The notes under the pieces: generated by a model
Told to the model about the DNA's origin: nothing
The model's database searches: none
Seen by the model: only the letters and a program-made list of their open reading frames with translations
In this document: piece by piece, positions 1-11,640 of the stretch
Layout: every line of letters starts with the position of its first letter
Numbering within the stretch: the first letter of the stretch is position 1
Position numbers and translations under genes: made by a program
Assembly (NCBI RefSeq): GCF_006345805.1
Contig: NC_042997.1
Location: 2,480,001-2,544,000, forward strand
Reading direction: 5' to 3'
DNA length: 64,000 nt
Source of the DNA: Octopus sinensis
Taxonomy: Eukaryota

Positions 1-64
1 GAAATTTCAACAGCATCAACATGGTAGTTTTGTAGATATGTATACGTGCAGATATTTATGTTTT

Positions 65-345
65 CTTTTATATATGCCTACTGATGCATATATTTGCATA
101 TCTAGACATACTAAATAATAAACTTTTAGAAAGTTTTACAGAATTTTACATTTCCATTGATGCCTTGGATCTGTCGTCCTTTAATCAGCATTCTCTTCTC
201 GGGTTTTGAGAAGCCTAATATCTCTAGATTGATATTTAGGCAGTATGTTACATATCCCAGTGCCTCAATAATTACAGGTATACACATGAACTTGCATTCT
301 TGATAGAGTAACTGCAGATATATTTATGTGTGTATTTATGTATAA
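65..345 (-). mobile_element. 3' end remnant of an RLE-type (R4/Dong-like) non-LTR retrotransposon
   Basis: The minus strand reads LQLLYQECKFMCIPVIIEALGYVTYCLNINLEILGFSKPEKRMLIKGRQIQGINGNVKFCKTF*. This matches the 'P(V/I)IIGALG' C-terminus of restriction-like endonuclease LINEs. Confidence 0.6.
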
Positions 346-1182
346 GTACATGTAAGTATTGATTATGATGGGTTATATTATAAGAGATAATTTTCATTTG
401 GTCAATTGGAACAATTGTAATGCAATAAAATAGACTTGATTCGGAATATATCTCTGTATATCTTCGTTGAGAAAATAGCTAATTTCTATTATGTCCACGT
501 TGACCTATAGGGGAAAATAGTTAGTGTCTATGCAGACATCTTTTCCTAAAATTGTTTCTGAAAAATCAAACACTGTTTTATAGTGTAACACAAATGTTTA
601 ATTATAAAAATGTATATTCATATAAAAGATATAAAATTTTAGTTTAGTGAAACAGCATCCGATTTAAAAATTAGCGGTGTATTGAGATAAAACATATCTA
701 CATTATTACCTTTACAAAAGCCGCTTCCGTTTTATAGAATTTACCTACATATTTCATGCTGAGCTAATTTTATTATTCTATTCAGTATCACTTTGAAATT
801 AAAATAATACTTATGATCTATTTGTACAAACAATGTTTTCAACACTTTATTAAATACATCGAGATGCGCTGCTATTATTATGATAGATGCAAGTCGCTAT
901 TACGCATTGGCATTTTCTGTGTCACAGTAATGAAAATGGTATATATTTCGATCCTAATGCCTTCATCCGATTAGTATAATTGTGATACTTACTAGATATT
1001 TTGTTTACAGCATAAGTATGTGCATGTATATAAAGATATTTGTGTCTGTGTATATCTATTGTACTTACATATATATATGTTAACGTCGGTGACTATATCC
1101 GCATTGAAAGGTCTTCTCACGTTCCAGTGCAGAAGAATAGGTCAAATACCTTTGGACACGCATATATTTTATTCAATAAAAA

Positions 1183-1286
1183 TAATGATAATAGTAATGC
1201 TGATAATGATAATGATAACAAATTGAAGGAGTAGTAGTACGACGACGGCCAACACGATGATGGTTGTGGAGGTGTTGTTGTTGTTG

Positions 1287-1333
<47 letters not shown>

Positions 1334-1335
1334 TT
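1183..1335. repeat. Compound trinucleotide microsatellite (AAT/GAT/GTT/GAT)n
   Basis: Direct reading; it abuts the 3' end of the Penelope-like element. Confidence 0.95.
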
Positions 1336-1344
1336 GACGGTGAT

Positions 1345-3590
1345 ACAAAAGGACAATATCGGTTTCAGAGCAGTCGCACATCTTTGTCGAACAGCAAAAA
1401 TATATCAGGCACTGCGAAATAAAACAATTAGAAGTAAACATGACACAAGATATGCTTTATTCATTCCTCCAGGGCGTGATGTTCATAACCCGTAATCACA
1501 TGTCTCCTCGGGCATTCTGAGAAGTGAAAGTGACGCAGATTCAAAATGTTTTCTGAGAATATGCATTTTCAAGTCTTTCTTTCAAAATTGCAGCCGTTTG
1601 AAATGAAATGTACAGCAAGTTCTGTCGAAGTATTATTGTGCGTGACGTCGAGACTGTGCCCATTAAATAATTCTTTGTTCTGTTTGTACAGCCAAAATAA
1701 ATCTAGTTGTGTTTCGTGCATTCTGATGCATACACCAAATGGGAATCTCCACATCTCCAACATTCTGTATAAATCATAACATTTCTCTTATTATACATGA
1801 TAAAATTCACTTGCACAATGAACAGAGCTTACCTCTCTTGCGGCTGTTTTTCAAGTTACAGCGTGCCGACACTCCCGTGTTCGTTTCCTTGGAGTCAGAA
1901 ATAGAGGTCAATAATATTCTTATAATCTTATTCCGTCTAAAGGATAGAATTGGCGGTTGAGGAAATACCTGTTTGAAGCGAGGATATTTTTTCACCGCAT
2001 GCTGGTAACTTTCAGGCAACATTTTCGAAATGACAGCTAAATCTCGGTGCTAGTTAATCACTAAAGGAATATTGTCATCTATTGTATTGTGTTTGCTAAA
2101 ATTATGCGTGAATGTTTGACTATCTTTGCTAATTGTAGCTATTCTATTTGCTATTCCCTTTAATTGTGATTTACTCTAACCGCGTTTGACATAAAGATGT
2201 ACAAAAGCATTTGCATGCTTCCAGTAATCCCCAGTAAAAGTACAAATCCGTTTTATCTCAAAAAATTAGAATTTCGTATTTCACCGAATAATATGATGTG
2301 GATGATTGAGCTGCGGTAGAGATAAATGTGAGATTACGTGGGCTTGCAAACTAATTCTTTCACTATTCTGCCGCTAGAGAACTTAATTATTATGTCCCAA
2401 AAACCAACGCTAGATTTTGAAAAACTAGACATAAAATTTATGTCGGACTTAATGCCATAGTTTTTAGCATAACAGTCACAGAAATGCTAGAAGTCCATTA
2501 AACTATCCTGTGATCCTTTCCAGACAAAAAAAAAGATCATTAATGAACCGTAACCAGAGTTCATAACCATAAAGGGATTTGATTGTCTTCAGTAACTGTC
2601 TCGAATTTCATCATGAATAACTTAGTGAAATTAAATGCCATGGGGGTATGCATGGCGTAACCCTAACTCCGGTGGTATAATCTTTGTCTAAATTTCATTG
2701 TGTTACTTCGTATCACAAACCACAATAATCGACAGAGAAAAGTTGTTGGAATACTTTTGTTTGAACGCTTTTGGAAGGCATCCATGCATGCTTCTACCCA
2801 TTCATCGTGGACAATATTAGGATTTAAGGAAGAAACATACATGGTTACCCAAAATAATTTCTCGGCCTCGGTGCTTAAAAATGTTGTTGATTTTAGACAC
2901 AAAATCAAAAGTATCCCGAATATAGGAAGTTGATCTTTTTTGCGACAAAGAGTAAAAAGACATCCAACCATTCCGAAATCTTGGCCGTACAACATTCATA
3001 TCCGCTACAAACTGGGCGCATTGGAGGAAATCTTTCGAACATTTTTTTGCATTTTAGGGAGACCATAAAATACAGGTGTTAATCTTCATGACTATAAAAT
3101 ACTGCATTCGGCCTTAATGAAATTGTTTTCCCCCATTTCCAGATTTATTTAGGCTAGTTCCTCTCTGTATTTTGGGCTTGGTTCGACAGGTAATTCTTCT
3201 TACGAAGTTTTGTCATTTAACTTCGGAGTGCTTAACGGTGGGATTTTTGTGAGGTTATTCCAGGATTTCTTTCCACTTGTTTTAAGCCTTTCTCTAATGC
3301 CTGCCTGACAGGATTCAAGAAATTCCAGTAGTCCTCGCGTACGTCTATCCCGAACATTATCTGGTTACCAATTGGGATTCTTTTCAATCCAAGTATGCCA
3401 GATTCGGTTACCATCATTTTTATTTTATTGAAAACCCAAATTTTCAGTAAGCACAGGATTTTCTGACCTCTTGTTACCGGTTTTTTTGTGATGAGTTACG
3501 TCAATCCTTTTGAAATATCAAAATCAAGTATAGTGAGATGATTGATTTCATGGTACACAGAATAAGAATTGAATCATAAATAAATTCTGG
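1345..3590 (-). mobile_element. Decayed Penelope-like element (PLE): RT plus GIY-YIG endonuclease, possibly Neptune-like (Cys-rich linker)
   Basis: Ordered minus-strand motifs across frameshifts: ISKGLT (~3510), FYGLPKMQK (3070-3045), PPMRPVCSG, KISEWLDVFL, SYIRDTFDFVSKIN, VSSLNPNIVHDEWVEAC..KRSNKSIPTTFLCRLLWFVIRSN, GYAMHTPM, LWLRFINDLF (YIDD-like, 2550-2536), CKPT, PLVIN, FPQPPILSFRRNK, C..LCSLC linker, HLVYASECTKHN*IYFGCT (GIY-YIG, 1742-1686), FNGHSLDV..STELAVHF, TSRPGGMNK (~1460). Confidence 0.9.
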
Positions 3591-3599
3591 AAGATAAAA

Positions 3600-5215
3600 A
3601 AAGTATCCTGGTGTCTAAGGAAAATCGTAAAATAAATTATGGCTTTTGCGTTTTATTCCTTCTTACAGTTGTCTTGTCAGCCCTGTTTGTTTCGCTCGAC
3701 TCCGGTGTCGAGCCGAATCCTGGGCCAATGGATTTGTACCAATCAAATATGAATCAGAAATTGAGAGATGGACATTTGTATCAGTGAAGTCGCTTAATCG
3801 TTTACTTGCTAAAATCAAGAGCCATATACCGGAGGTCTTACATCAGATATACCAATGTATGCAAGAAAGCCTGACGATTTATTGCTTCAAAGGTTTAAAT
3901 TAATTGGTGAGAGCAATTAATTTAACATAATGGAAGTTCTTATCGAACACTATCGTTCAAAATTAATAGTGCCTGATACAGACATTAAGGATATTTTGAG
4001 TATCCTTGAGAAGGAATGTTCTAATAATCGTTTGAAGATTTTGTGTAACTGTTTGATGAACTTTGACAAAAAGGAAGTTTCGGCTCTGACAATAAAAAAA
4101 AGAAAAGAAACTGAAAAAGCTGAATTCCCATTCTCCTAAACCAGTGGGCAAGGGGACATTTTGGTTGAGAACATTTGCTTTGAAATATGAGAAGTCGTTT
4201 CTAATTTCGGGACAAATGTTAAGTGATAAACTCATTGACGCCGGGTTGAAAATTGTATCGGAAAATTTTCTTGAGATTCCAATACAACCGACCATTCCAT
4301 TTTCTCTCTCACGAAATTTCTAACATATAGTCCACACCGCACACTGTTCATTCATCGCTTCAGGAACAATTATTTTGTTTTGTCGACCAATTTTTTCGAC
4401 GATGTTTTATTACAATTTGAACTTACCAGTTTCGCAGGAATCAAGAGCACAAATAACAATGTTATACTCACTACAAATAATCATTACTCCTACAGTTCAT
4501 CAAGTTCATATAGTTAATCCCCAAGTCGGCGCATATGATTGTGGCCGTTTTGCCCTGGTGTATGCATTTGAACTGGTCATAGGAAACGCTCCAATGAAGA
4601 TTTTATTTGATCGGTCAAAAATGTGAGCACATTTAAGATTTTGCCTTGAAAACAATAAATTTGTTCCTATTCCGAAAGTAAAAGTTTTTCAAATGTCTAC
4701 AAAAACTACAAAAGTCACTCGCGTTCTATCACTAGCCCAAAAATGGATTACCTCTAGAAAAACGACTAAACATTATAGGTTCTCACAGGAACATTGACAA
4801 CAAATTGTATCGCCGAATAGGTTCCTTGTTTTAAGTGAAGATTTCGAGCAAAGCCCCAAAAGTAGTCAGAAAGCTAATGAAAGTAAGACTCTGAAACCAC
4901 TTGCTCGAGAAAATCCTTCCCATATAAAAATATGTCGGTCATGAATTTATCTACGCTAAAACTTTGGCCCGACGATGTCTCAGTCTTGGAGCTTGGACTG
5001 AGTTTCTGCCCAGGCACTAAGAATTTCGACAAGAAGAAACTAGCTCAAGGGCTATTTCAATTTATCCGCTGTCACAAGCGGAAAGAATTGTTTTGAAAAC
5101 ACTGGTAACGAGAAGTCAGAAAACCTTATACTTGCTGAAAAAAAAAATGATAGTGATCGAGTCTGGCATAATTAGATTCCCAATTGGTATCCAGGTAAAT
5201 TTCGCAAATCAAACA
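3600..5215 (+). mobile_element. 5' part of a Penelope-like ORF: 2A-like motif, N-terminal helical region, Ulp1/C48-like cysteine protease, pre-RT motif
   Basis: Plus-strand order: SGVEPNPGP (3701-3727); LNRLLAKIKSH..CFKGL; EVLIEHYRSKL; SGQMLSDKLIDAG; FIHRFRNNYFVLST; PQVGAYDCGRFALVYAFELVIG..FDRSKM*AHLRFCLENNKFVPIPK; NRFLVL; VMNLSTLKLWPDDVSVLELGLSFCPG..FQFIRCHKRKELF (typical PLE pre-RT motif). Bases 5097-5205 are homologous to 3490-3355 on the minus strand. Confidence 0.75.
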
Positions 5216-5219
5216 AATA

Positions 5220-5221
5220 CA

Positions 5222-5289
<68 letters not shown>

Positions 5290-5345
5290 GATAATAATAA
5301 TAATAATAACAACAACAACAACAATAACAACAACAATGATAATAA
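5220..5345. repeat. (AAT)n/(AAC)n microsatellite
   Basis: Direct reading; flanks the PLE. Confidence 0.95.
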
Positions 5346-5505
5346 ACCTATCCCAGTGCTCAACTTCAACTTATTTCATTGTCCCCGAAATGATGAATGG
5401 CAAATTGACATCGGGCGCAATTTGAACCCAGAAGGTAAAGTTGGACGAATAACCATTATGGAGCATACTCGTCATGCTAACGATTCTGCCATATCACAGA
5501 CTTAA
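5345..5505 (-). mobile_element. Degenerate fragment of the tRNA-derived SINE also seen at 58080-58302
   Basis: Shares 'cccgaaa.gatgaa.ggcaaa.t.gac.tcgg..caatttgaac.cagaa' and 'gctaacgattctgcca' with the 58080-58302 copy. Confidence 0.6.
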
Positions 5506-6144
5506 TAGTAAAAACATCTTTTGGCATAAGAACTGAAATTGCGGGGTGAGGGGGTGTTTCTTAGCTGAAAGTCCGCCTCGGTGAAATGTAAGCTTAGAAC
5601 GTTTAGACTGACAAGATGTTACAAAGCGTTGTTTACAGCCATTAAGGTTTCTGTTAGCTATCTGTCTTTAGCCGCATTATTTATAATACATCAACAATGC
5701 CAATGCAGCCAGATTCATGGATATGCCAATGCACAGATACAGGAAAATTAAGGTGATTCGAGGAGCTACTGTTGTGAATGGGCAGCGGGAGAACAAATTA
5801 CTCTTAATGGACATATCAACATTAACAGTTGATAACGCATCACCTCAAGAATTGGAGAATTTTTCAAACGGAAAAATCTCCGCAGAACCTGAAAACTGAC
5901 CCTGCATCTCTAATGATAGATATCTTAGATTTATCAAACTACATGGAAGCAATAAGCACCAAAACAACGGGGATTACAAGTATGCATAACGTACAGATAA
6001 CAACGCTGCAAGGCATGGCACTAGAAATAAATATATATATATATATATTACAATAGACTAAATATGACTAAATACAATCACTTCACATATACAAATCCCA
6101 TAGAACAACATTAGGTAATGAATAGTATGCAATAACATTACGAT

Positions 6145-6242
6145 TACTGCATGATGATGATGATGATGATGATGACGATGACGACAACAGCAACAACAAC
6201 AAAAACAACAGCAATGACAACAACAACAACAACAACAACAAC

Positions 6243-6273
<31 letters not shown>

Positions 6274-6875
6274 GTGGCTCTCATGGCTTCTGCTCTTAAC
6301 TGATTGGAAGTGTTATCATGTACATTGTTTTGACTTGGTATAATAGACGGGCTACAGCATATATTATGTTCAATACCACAGATTTGCTCGTCAGTTGTTT
6401 GACCGTAGCCAGTTGAGCATATCCCTTTGTGTATGACGATATGTGCATCTCTGATCATGAGCGGAAGTATTGGGGTAGAATCATAGCTGTGTGTTGAAAG
6501 GAATTCTTAGAGGTTTGGGTAATTCACGTTTAGAACCATGGGTTGTTCATTCAATATCCTAAACAATCGTTATTCAGGGACCTTTTGAGCGAGTATGGGC
6601 TACTCGACCAGAAGAAAATTCTAACTGGGTCACACCTGCAGTGTAATGCACTGTTTATCTTGATATGAGATCACCATGTCACGCACACATGGTTGTGATG
6701 CATGTGCTTGGTGTACCCTTATCAGACAGGTAGTCAGGATGTATATACTGGGCTTCGTATATTTTACCCCAGTGTTACTTTTAAATGGATCTCTCACTCA
6801 ATAATAATAATAATAATAATAATAAATAATAATAATAATAATAATAAAATAATAATAATAATATTGAACATAATA
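6145..6875. repeat. Trinucleotide microsatellites flanking a ~530 bp interspersed-repeat-like insert (6270-6800)
   Basis: (GAT/AAC/AAT)n at 6145-6270 and (AAT)n at 6800-6860 are directly visible. The insert has no ORF and its family is unassigned. Confidence 0.5.
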
Positions 6876-7599
6876 ATGTTGATGACGTAATTTTTTAACG
6901 GAGATTATGGACAATTTTGGAGAGAAGTAGAGTAAAAATATCAAAGATTGTTATATATTTAACAATTATTAACTTTATGAAATACGAAGTATTGTGAAAT
7001 AAAGAACGTACTTTAAAACAAACAAGGTATGATATTATGTTGAAATACTAATGATTTAGCAGCACATATAAATAACGTCTGAGATAAAATCTGTTGTCAA
7101 CACTACTAGAAAGAGTCAGTGTCCGTTGGATATACCATCGAAATCTGTTAATATGAATATAAATGTGAAAAACAAAATTCGCTCAAAGTCCTTAAAATAT
7201 TGAGTTGTGGAATATATATTCAGATACACATATACGGATATACATATGTTTTTCTGGACATATGTTTTGTGTGTGTGAGAGTGTGCGTACACTTTCTATT
7301 CTTGAGCAAAGAATTTCATTTCACGTTTGTCTGCGATAATTTTCACATGGAAAATGTTCTACACTTGTGGCCATGCACAGGCAATTTTGATTTGATGTAG
7401 GGGTTAGCTAGCGTACACACACAAATTTCATCACTTAAAACAGTCGTGCAAATAGTTCAGCAAAAAGTGAACATCCATACTTCATCATCAAGAGGAAAAA
7501 CCATCACACACACACACACTGTGCATGCACACACACACGCACAAACACACACACACACACATACCCCTTCTCTCTTACACACACGCAGTTCAAATTTAC

Positions 7600-8400
7600 A
7601 GACAACCAAAGGCGAAGACAGATGCAGGAACAACAAGCAGGTGTATTAGTATAACCCTCGGGTGTGGGGAAGACTTTTAAGTTTCATGACTACACTTTTC
7701 AAAAGAAAAGATTAAGAGAACAAAAATGGAGCGAGAAAGAAAAAACGGCGAGAGAAACCTGGATACTTAATAGAATTTTTGATAGACTATCGAGGTGCCT
7801 AAACGCATATAGATGTACTTTCGCACAATGCAGTGAGAATGAATTTTGAGTAACTGTTAACTTAATGTAATTTTACTTTATTTTACTTTCAGGTATAGAT
7901 GACTTAAATTTACTTTAAACCTCCCCGTTTTTTCTAAACGCCTACTAAATATATAACTCGCTTTGTAATTATTAGTGCGCCTAACCTCACGTGTGCGTAT
8001 GCTCACACTTTTGCTAATGCATGTATGAGCATGTGTACTCGTGCCATGCTGCTTACCCGAGGGCGTTTATACATTCATGTCGGTTAACGTTTATTTTCAA
8101 TACTTTTCTCTTTGGATTAACTGTTCGTTTCTCTTTTTGTCTTCTGTAATTTTATTTTTGGATCTTCTATATATATGAAGAATTTTCCTCCGTCTGGTTG
8201 TTTTTCTCTCTATAAAACGGAAAGTTGCATTATGGAACAGTCATTTTAACGAGATTTTATTTCTTTATTTATCATCCGACGAGATACGTCTGCACCACCG
8301 GATAATCCTGAACCAGTTTTTGTGTGTCCCACAATCGGAGTCGATGCTAGGTGTGTCGAAACAATTGTTGTGATTAATAATATATTCTCGTATATTCCAT
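7600..8400 (+). mobile_element. Possible PLE 3'-end remnant
   Basis: EKEKTARETWILNRIFDRLSRCLNAY resembles the end of PLE GIY-YIG domains (R..RE..WI..L...P.GLN), followed by a UTR-like stretch ending at (TA)n. Confidence 0.35.
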
Positions 8401-8411
8401 CTTCTGTCTTT

Positions 8412-8455
<44 letters not shown>

Positions 8456-8619
8456 AGAATTCACGTAAAAAAAAAACACGAAGACAGGTGGTGTAGAAAA
8501 CAATATTAGTACAACGTTCGGGAATTGAAAGAGTCTTTAACGTTTCGAGTCTACGCTCTTCCACAGAAAAGGAACACAGAAAGAAACAAGGAGAGGCAGA
8601 AGGAGAGAAAAAGGAGAGA

Positions 8620-8720
8620 AACATGTGTGTCGTGGCTAGCGAGCTTGCATACCAACCACATGGTCCTGCATTGAGTCCCACTGCAGGGAACCTTGCGCAA
8701 TTGTCTTCTACTATAGATTC

Positions 8721-8761
<41 letters not shown>

Positions 8762-8850
8762 TATACGACGGGCTTATTTCAGTTTCCGTCTACCAAGTCC
8801 AGTCACAAAGCTTTGGTCTACCCGAGGCTATATTAGAAGACACATTCCCC
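8620..8850. mobile_element. Two SINE pieces in opposite orientation around a (TA)n tract
   Basis: 8620-8720 matches the head of the 49494-49918 SINE on plus; 8763-8850 matches its next segment on minus. Confidence 0.7.
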
Positions 8851-9339
8851 GGTAGGATATTACATAAATGTTATTTTCGCTGGTGTATTTCGTCTTTGGA
8901 AAATAATGTCTTCCGATAGTTGACGTGTATTAATGATACACAGGCTTCAGTGAAGTTAACCTTCAGTATATTTATCCAGGCAAGATTCTGCTTTTGCAAC
9001 AACAAAATTCCAGAAAATGTAATGTAAATGAGAGCGGTTGTTCTTATTTAGCAAAGAAGAAAATCAGAAATATCATCATGCGTGTGCTAACATATCCCAA
9101 ACATATTTTTAATTGTTATTAGCTGGAAGGAAAAACTGCGTGCGCCATAATATGTACATTGATCTTTATCACTCTCAAGGAGACTCGGACATGAATATGT
9201 TTTTAAATTTTGGATTTTGTCTTTGAGAAAAATATTCTTCGTTTCATTATCAGAATAACAGTAGTAATAAGTTTTTCGAATTTTGGCAGTGCCAACAATT
9301 TTCAGAGGAAGAATTATGTCGTTTACAGCAGCTCCAGCG

Positions 9340-10910
9340 CTCAACTAGTGCTTATTTCATCTGCCTGGAAACGACGAATGCTCGACATTCGATTCAATAC
9401 TAAGTATATCCATACGCTCCATAATCCAACAATGTGGGATCATATCGTACACCTTAGGGTAGTTGATCCATGACATGGCTAAGTTACTTTTCCTCCTCTT
9501 GCAGTTTCCAAGTACAGTTTTGTTTATCATGAGTTGATGCTTGATACCTCTGCACTTACGCGTGCAGCACTTCTGCTCATGTGGCAGGATTTGATTTTTT
9601 CCAGATGTTTGCTCATTGAGTCTGCGAATATTCCAGTCAACAGTTACCACATAAGTGGTAAACTGAATATCGACCGGTAATTGCCTACTGTATTGCCTTG
9701 TTCGGTGTTTTTCAGGCACACCCAATGTCAAACACTTTGGTGTTACTCGGTCGGTATTCTAAAAAGATTTTGAGTTGCGCAGTTATTTGTGCATGACATT
9801 CACCAAAAATTTGATCCAGTAGCCTTGAATTAATTCCATCTGGTCCCGGGGCCATCCAGTAGCTCCTTTTGTTGCTGATTTCCTTCACTTCCCTAACTGA
9901 AATGACTAGTTCTGCCTGTTTTGGATAGACTACTGTTTGTTTCAGTTCTTACGACCATTCAACATCGTTCTTGTGCTCCTTGCCTTTGCTCCTGATGTCA
10001 CTCCTAAACCTTTGACTTTCAAAGTTGTGTGGTATCAACTTTTCATATGTACACTCTCCATTTATTATTTTTTTATAGAAACTCATCAGATATACTATGC
10101 ATAACCTATTCTGGTTGTAAACCTTTATTCTTTGATCGTATTTTACCATCTTTGCTTTCTTTCCATTACCACTTCCAGGTCTCTTCTCTCATTTCTATAC
10201 TACCTTTTCAGTGCCCTATATTTTTGTTCACTTTTAAGCACCCCTTCTCTTTTCGCTCTAACACAGAGATTTCCTTCGAGAGCATGTCTAACCCTGCATA
10301 TATTATTCTTTTCCACCATGGATCTTTTCTTTTGTCACTTACATGGTTTTCTTTTTCTTGACATCAACACCCGTTTTCTGCTACAACAGTACTTGCTGCC
10401 TTGACCAAATGATTTGTTTCTGTGTTATCGTTTGTTCTGATGAATTTCAAAATGTCATTGACATTTTTCGTTTCTTGGTTCAATTTCCATCGATCAACAT
10501 TTTTAAGGTTGGAATTACTGTCGCTTTCGTTCTCGTTTTGTCTTGCTTTATTCCGTCGTAGATTGCCTTTTTTCATCTGTCATGTTACCATTAGTTTTAT
10601 CGTCTTCTTTTAGAACATCTTATATGTCTCTAATCAAGTAATGTACCACTGATCCTTTCCTGTGCTATGAGATAACACATATTTGTAAGACCTGTATTTT
10701 CATTGTTATCTCTGCTGCTATTTTCCAAGACCCGTCTTTTGATGCCTTCGAGCTCTACTTCTGTGAACGAATGATTTTTCTGATCGCTCTACCTTAATCA
10801 TATAGTTTCTATTCCGTGAGTTGAAACATTCCTTTTCTCTACCATGATCATAAATACGTTGTCGATAACCCCTAATTTGTGCACCATTTTTATCTACCGA
10901 GCTGCTCAAG
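9340..10910 (-). mobile_element. R4/Dong-like LINE, N-terminal region and first half of RT (inverted segment)
   Basis: Minus strand: [94 protein letters not shown]. Confidence 0.85.
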
Positions 10911-10919
10911 TACTAACAC

Positions 10920-11640
10920 TCCATGACCGCAGCATTAATTTGCTTTCTCCAACTGCGCCGTAGATGTACTGTGCTTGATAACACTAACACTGATTCTGAG
11001 GAAAGCAAAAGCTGGGTACGTATTCAAAAGCCGTCAAAAATTGTCATTCATTTGTTATTCATGGATGATTTCAAACTTAATTGTAAAGATGAAGCCCAAG
11101 TTCAGTTCCCTCGTTGATACGGTGTATACCTTCAGTGCTGATATCAGAATAGAGTTTGGACTGATAAAGTGTGGTATGTTAGTCTTGAAGAGAAGCAAAA
11201 GCAAATGTATGGACGGGCTAACGATACTGTCGGATGTTATGAAGCAGATAGAAGAGACGGGCTATAAGTACTTGGAAATTTTGGAAATTGATAAATTGAT
11301 GGTGAAAGAAATGACAGAGAAAATTTAGGTGGACTATTTGCGCAGACTGAGACTGATCCTTAAGTCGAAATTAAACGGACGGAATAAGATTGAAGATATC
11401 AACACCTGGGCTGTTGCACACCTTAGATATGGAGCAGAGGTAATCGCATGGACAGTAGACGAGCTAAACAGATTAGAAAGACCTTTGCCATTGCTTACAA
11501 GATATGGGACACTCCACCCAAAAAGTGACAGAGACAGGTGTATGTACCTAGGAAAAAAGGAGAAGGTGACATATTGGATGCGAACACATCATTAGAACCG
11601 AAAAAAAACAACATAGCATGGTATGTAACAATGCCAATAT
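10920..11640 (+). mobile_element. R4/Dong-like LINE, second half of RT and thumb
   Basis: LSP..VLCLITLTLILRKAKAGY, HLLFMDDFKL, FSADIRIEFGLIKCGMLVLKR, YKYLEILE, LRLILKSKLNGRNKIEDINTWAVAHLRYGA, LHPKSDRDR. Confidence 0.9.

Noticed and set aside
4624-4626. In-frame TGA in the PLE protease region as possible selenocysteine (Sec-coding PLEs are known among Naiads)
   Set aside because: The position corresponds to Arg in the KMRxHL motif, so CGA-to-TGA deamination is simpler. The element has many other stops and frameshifts and a C-terminal EN, unlike Naiads.
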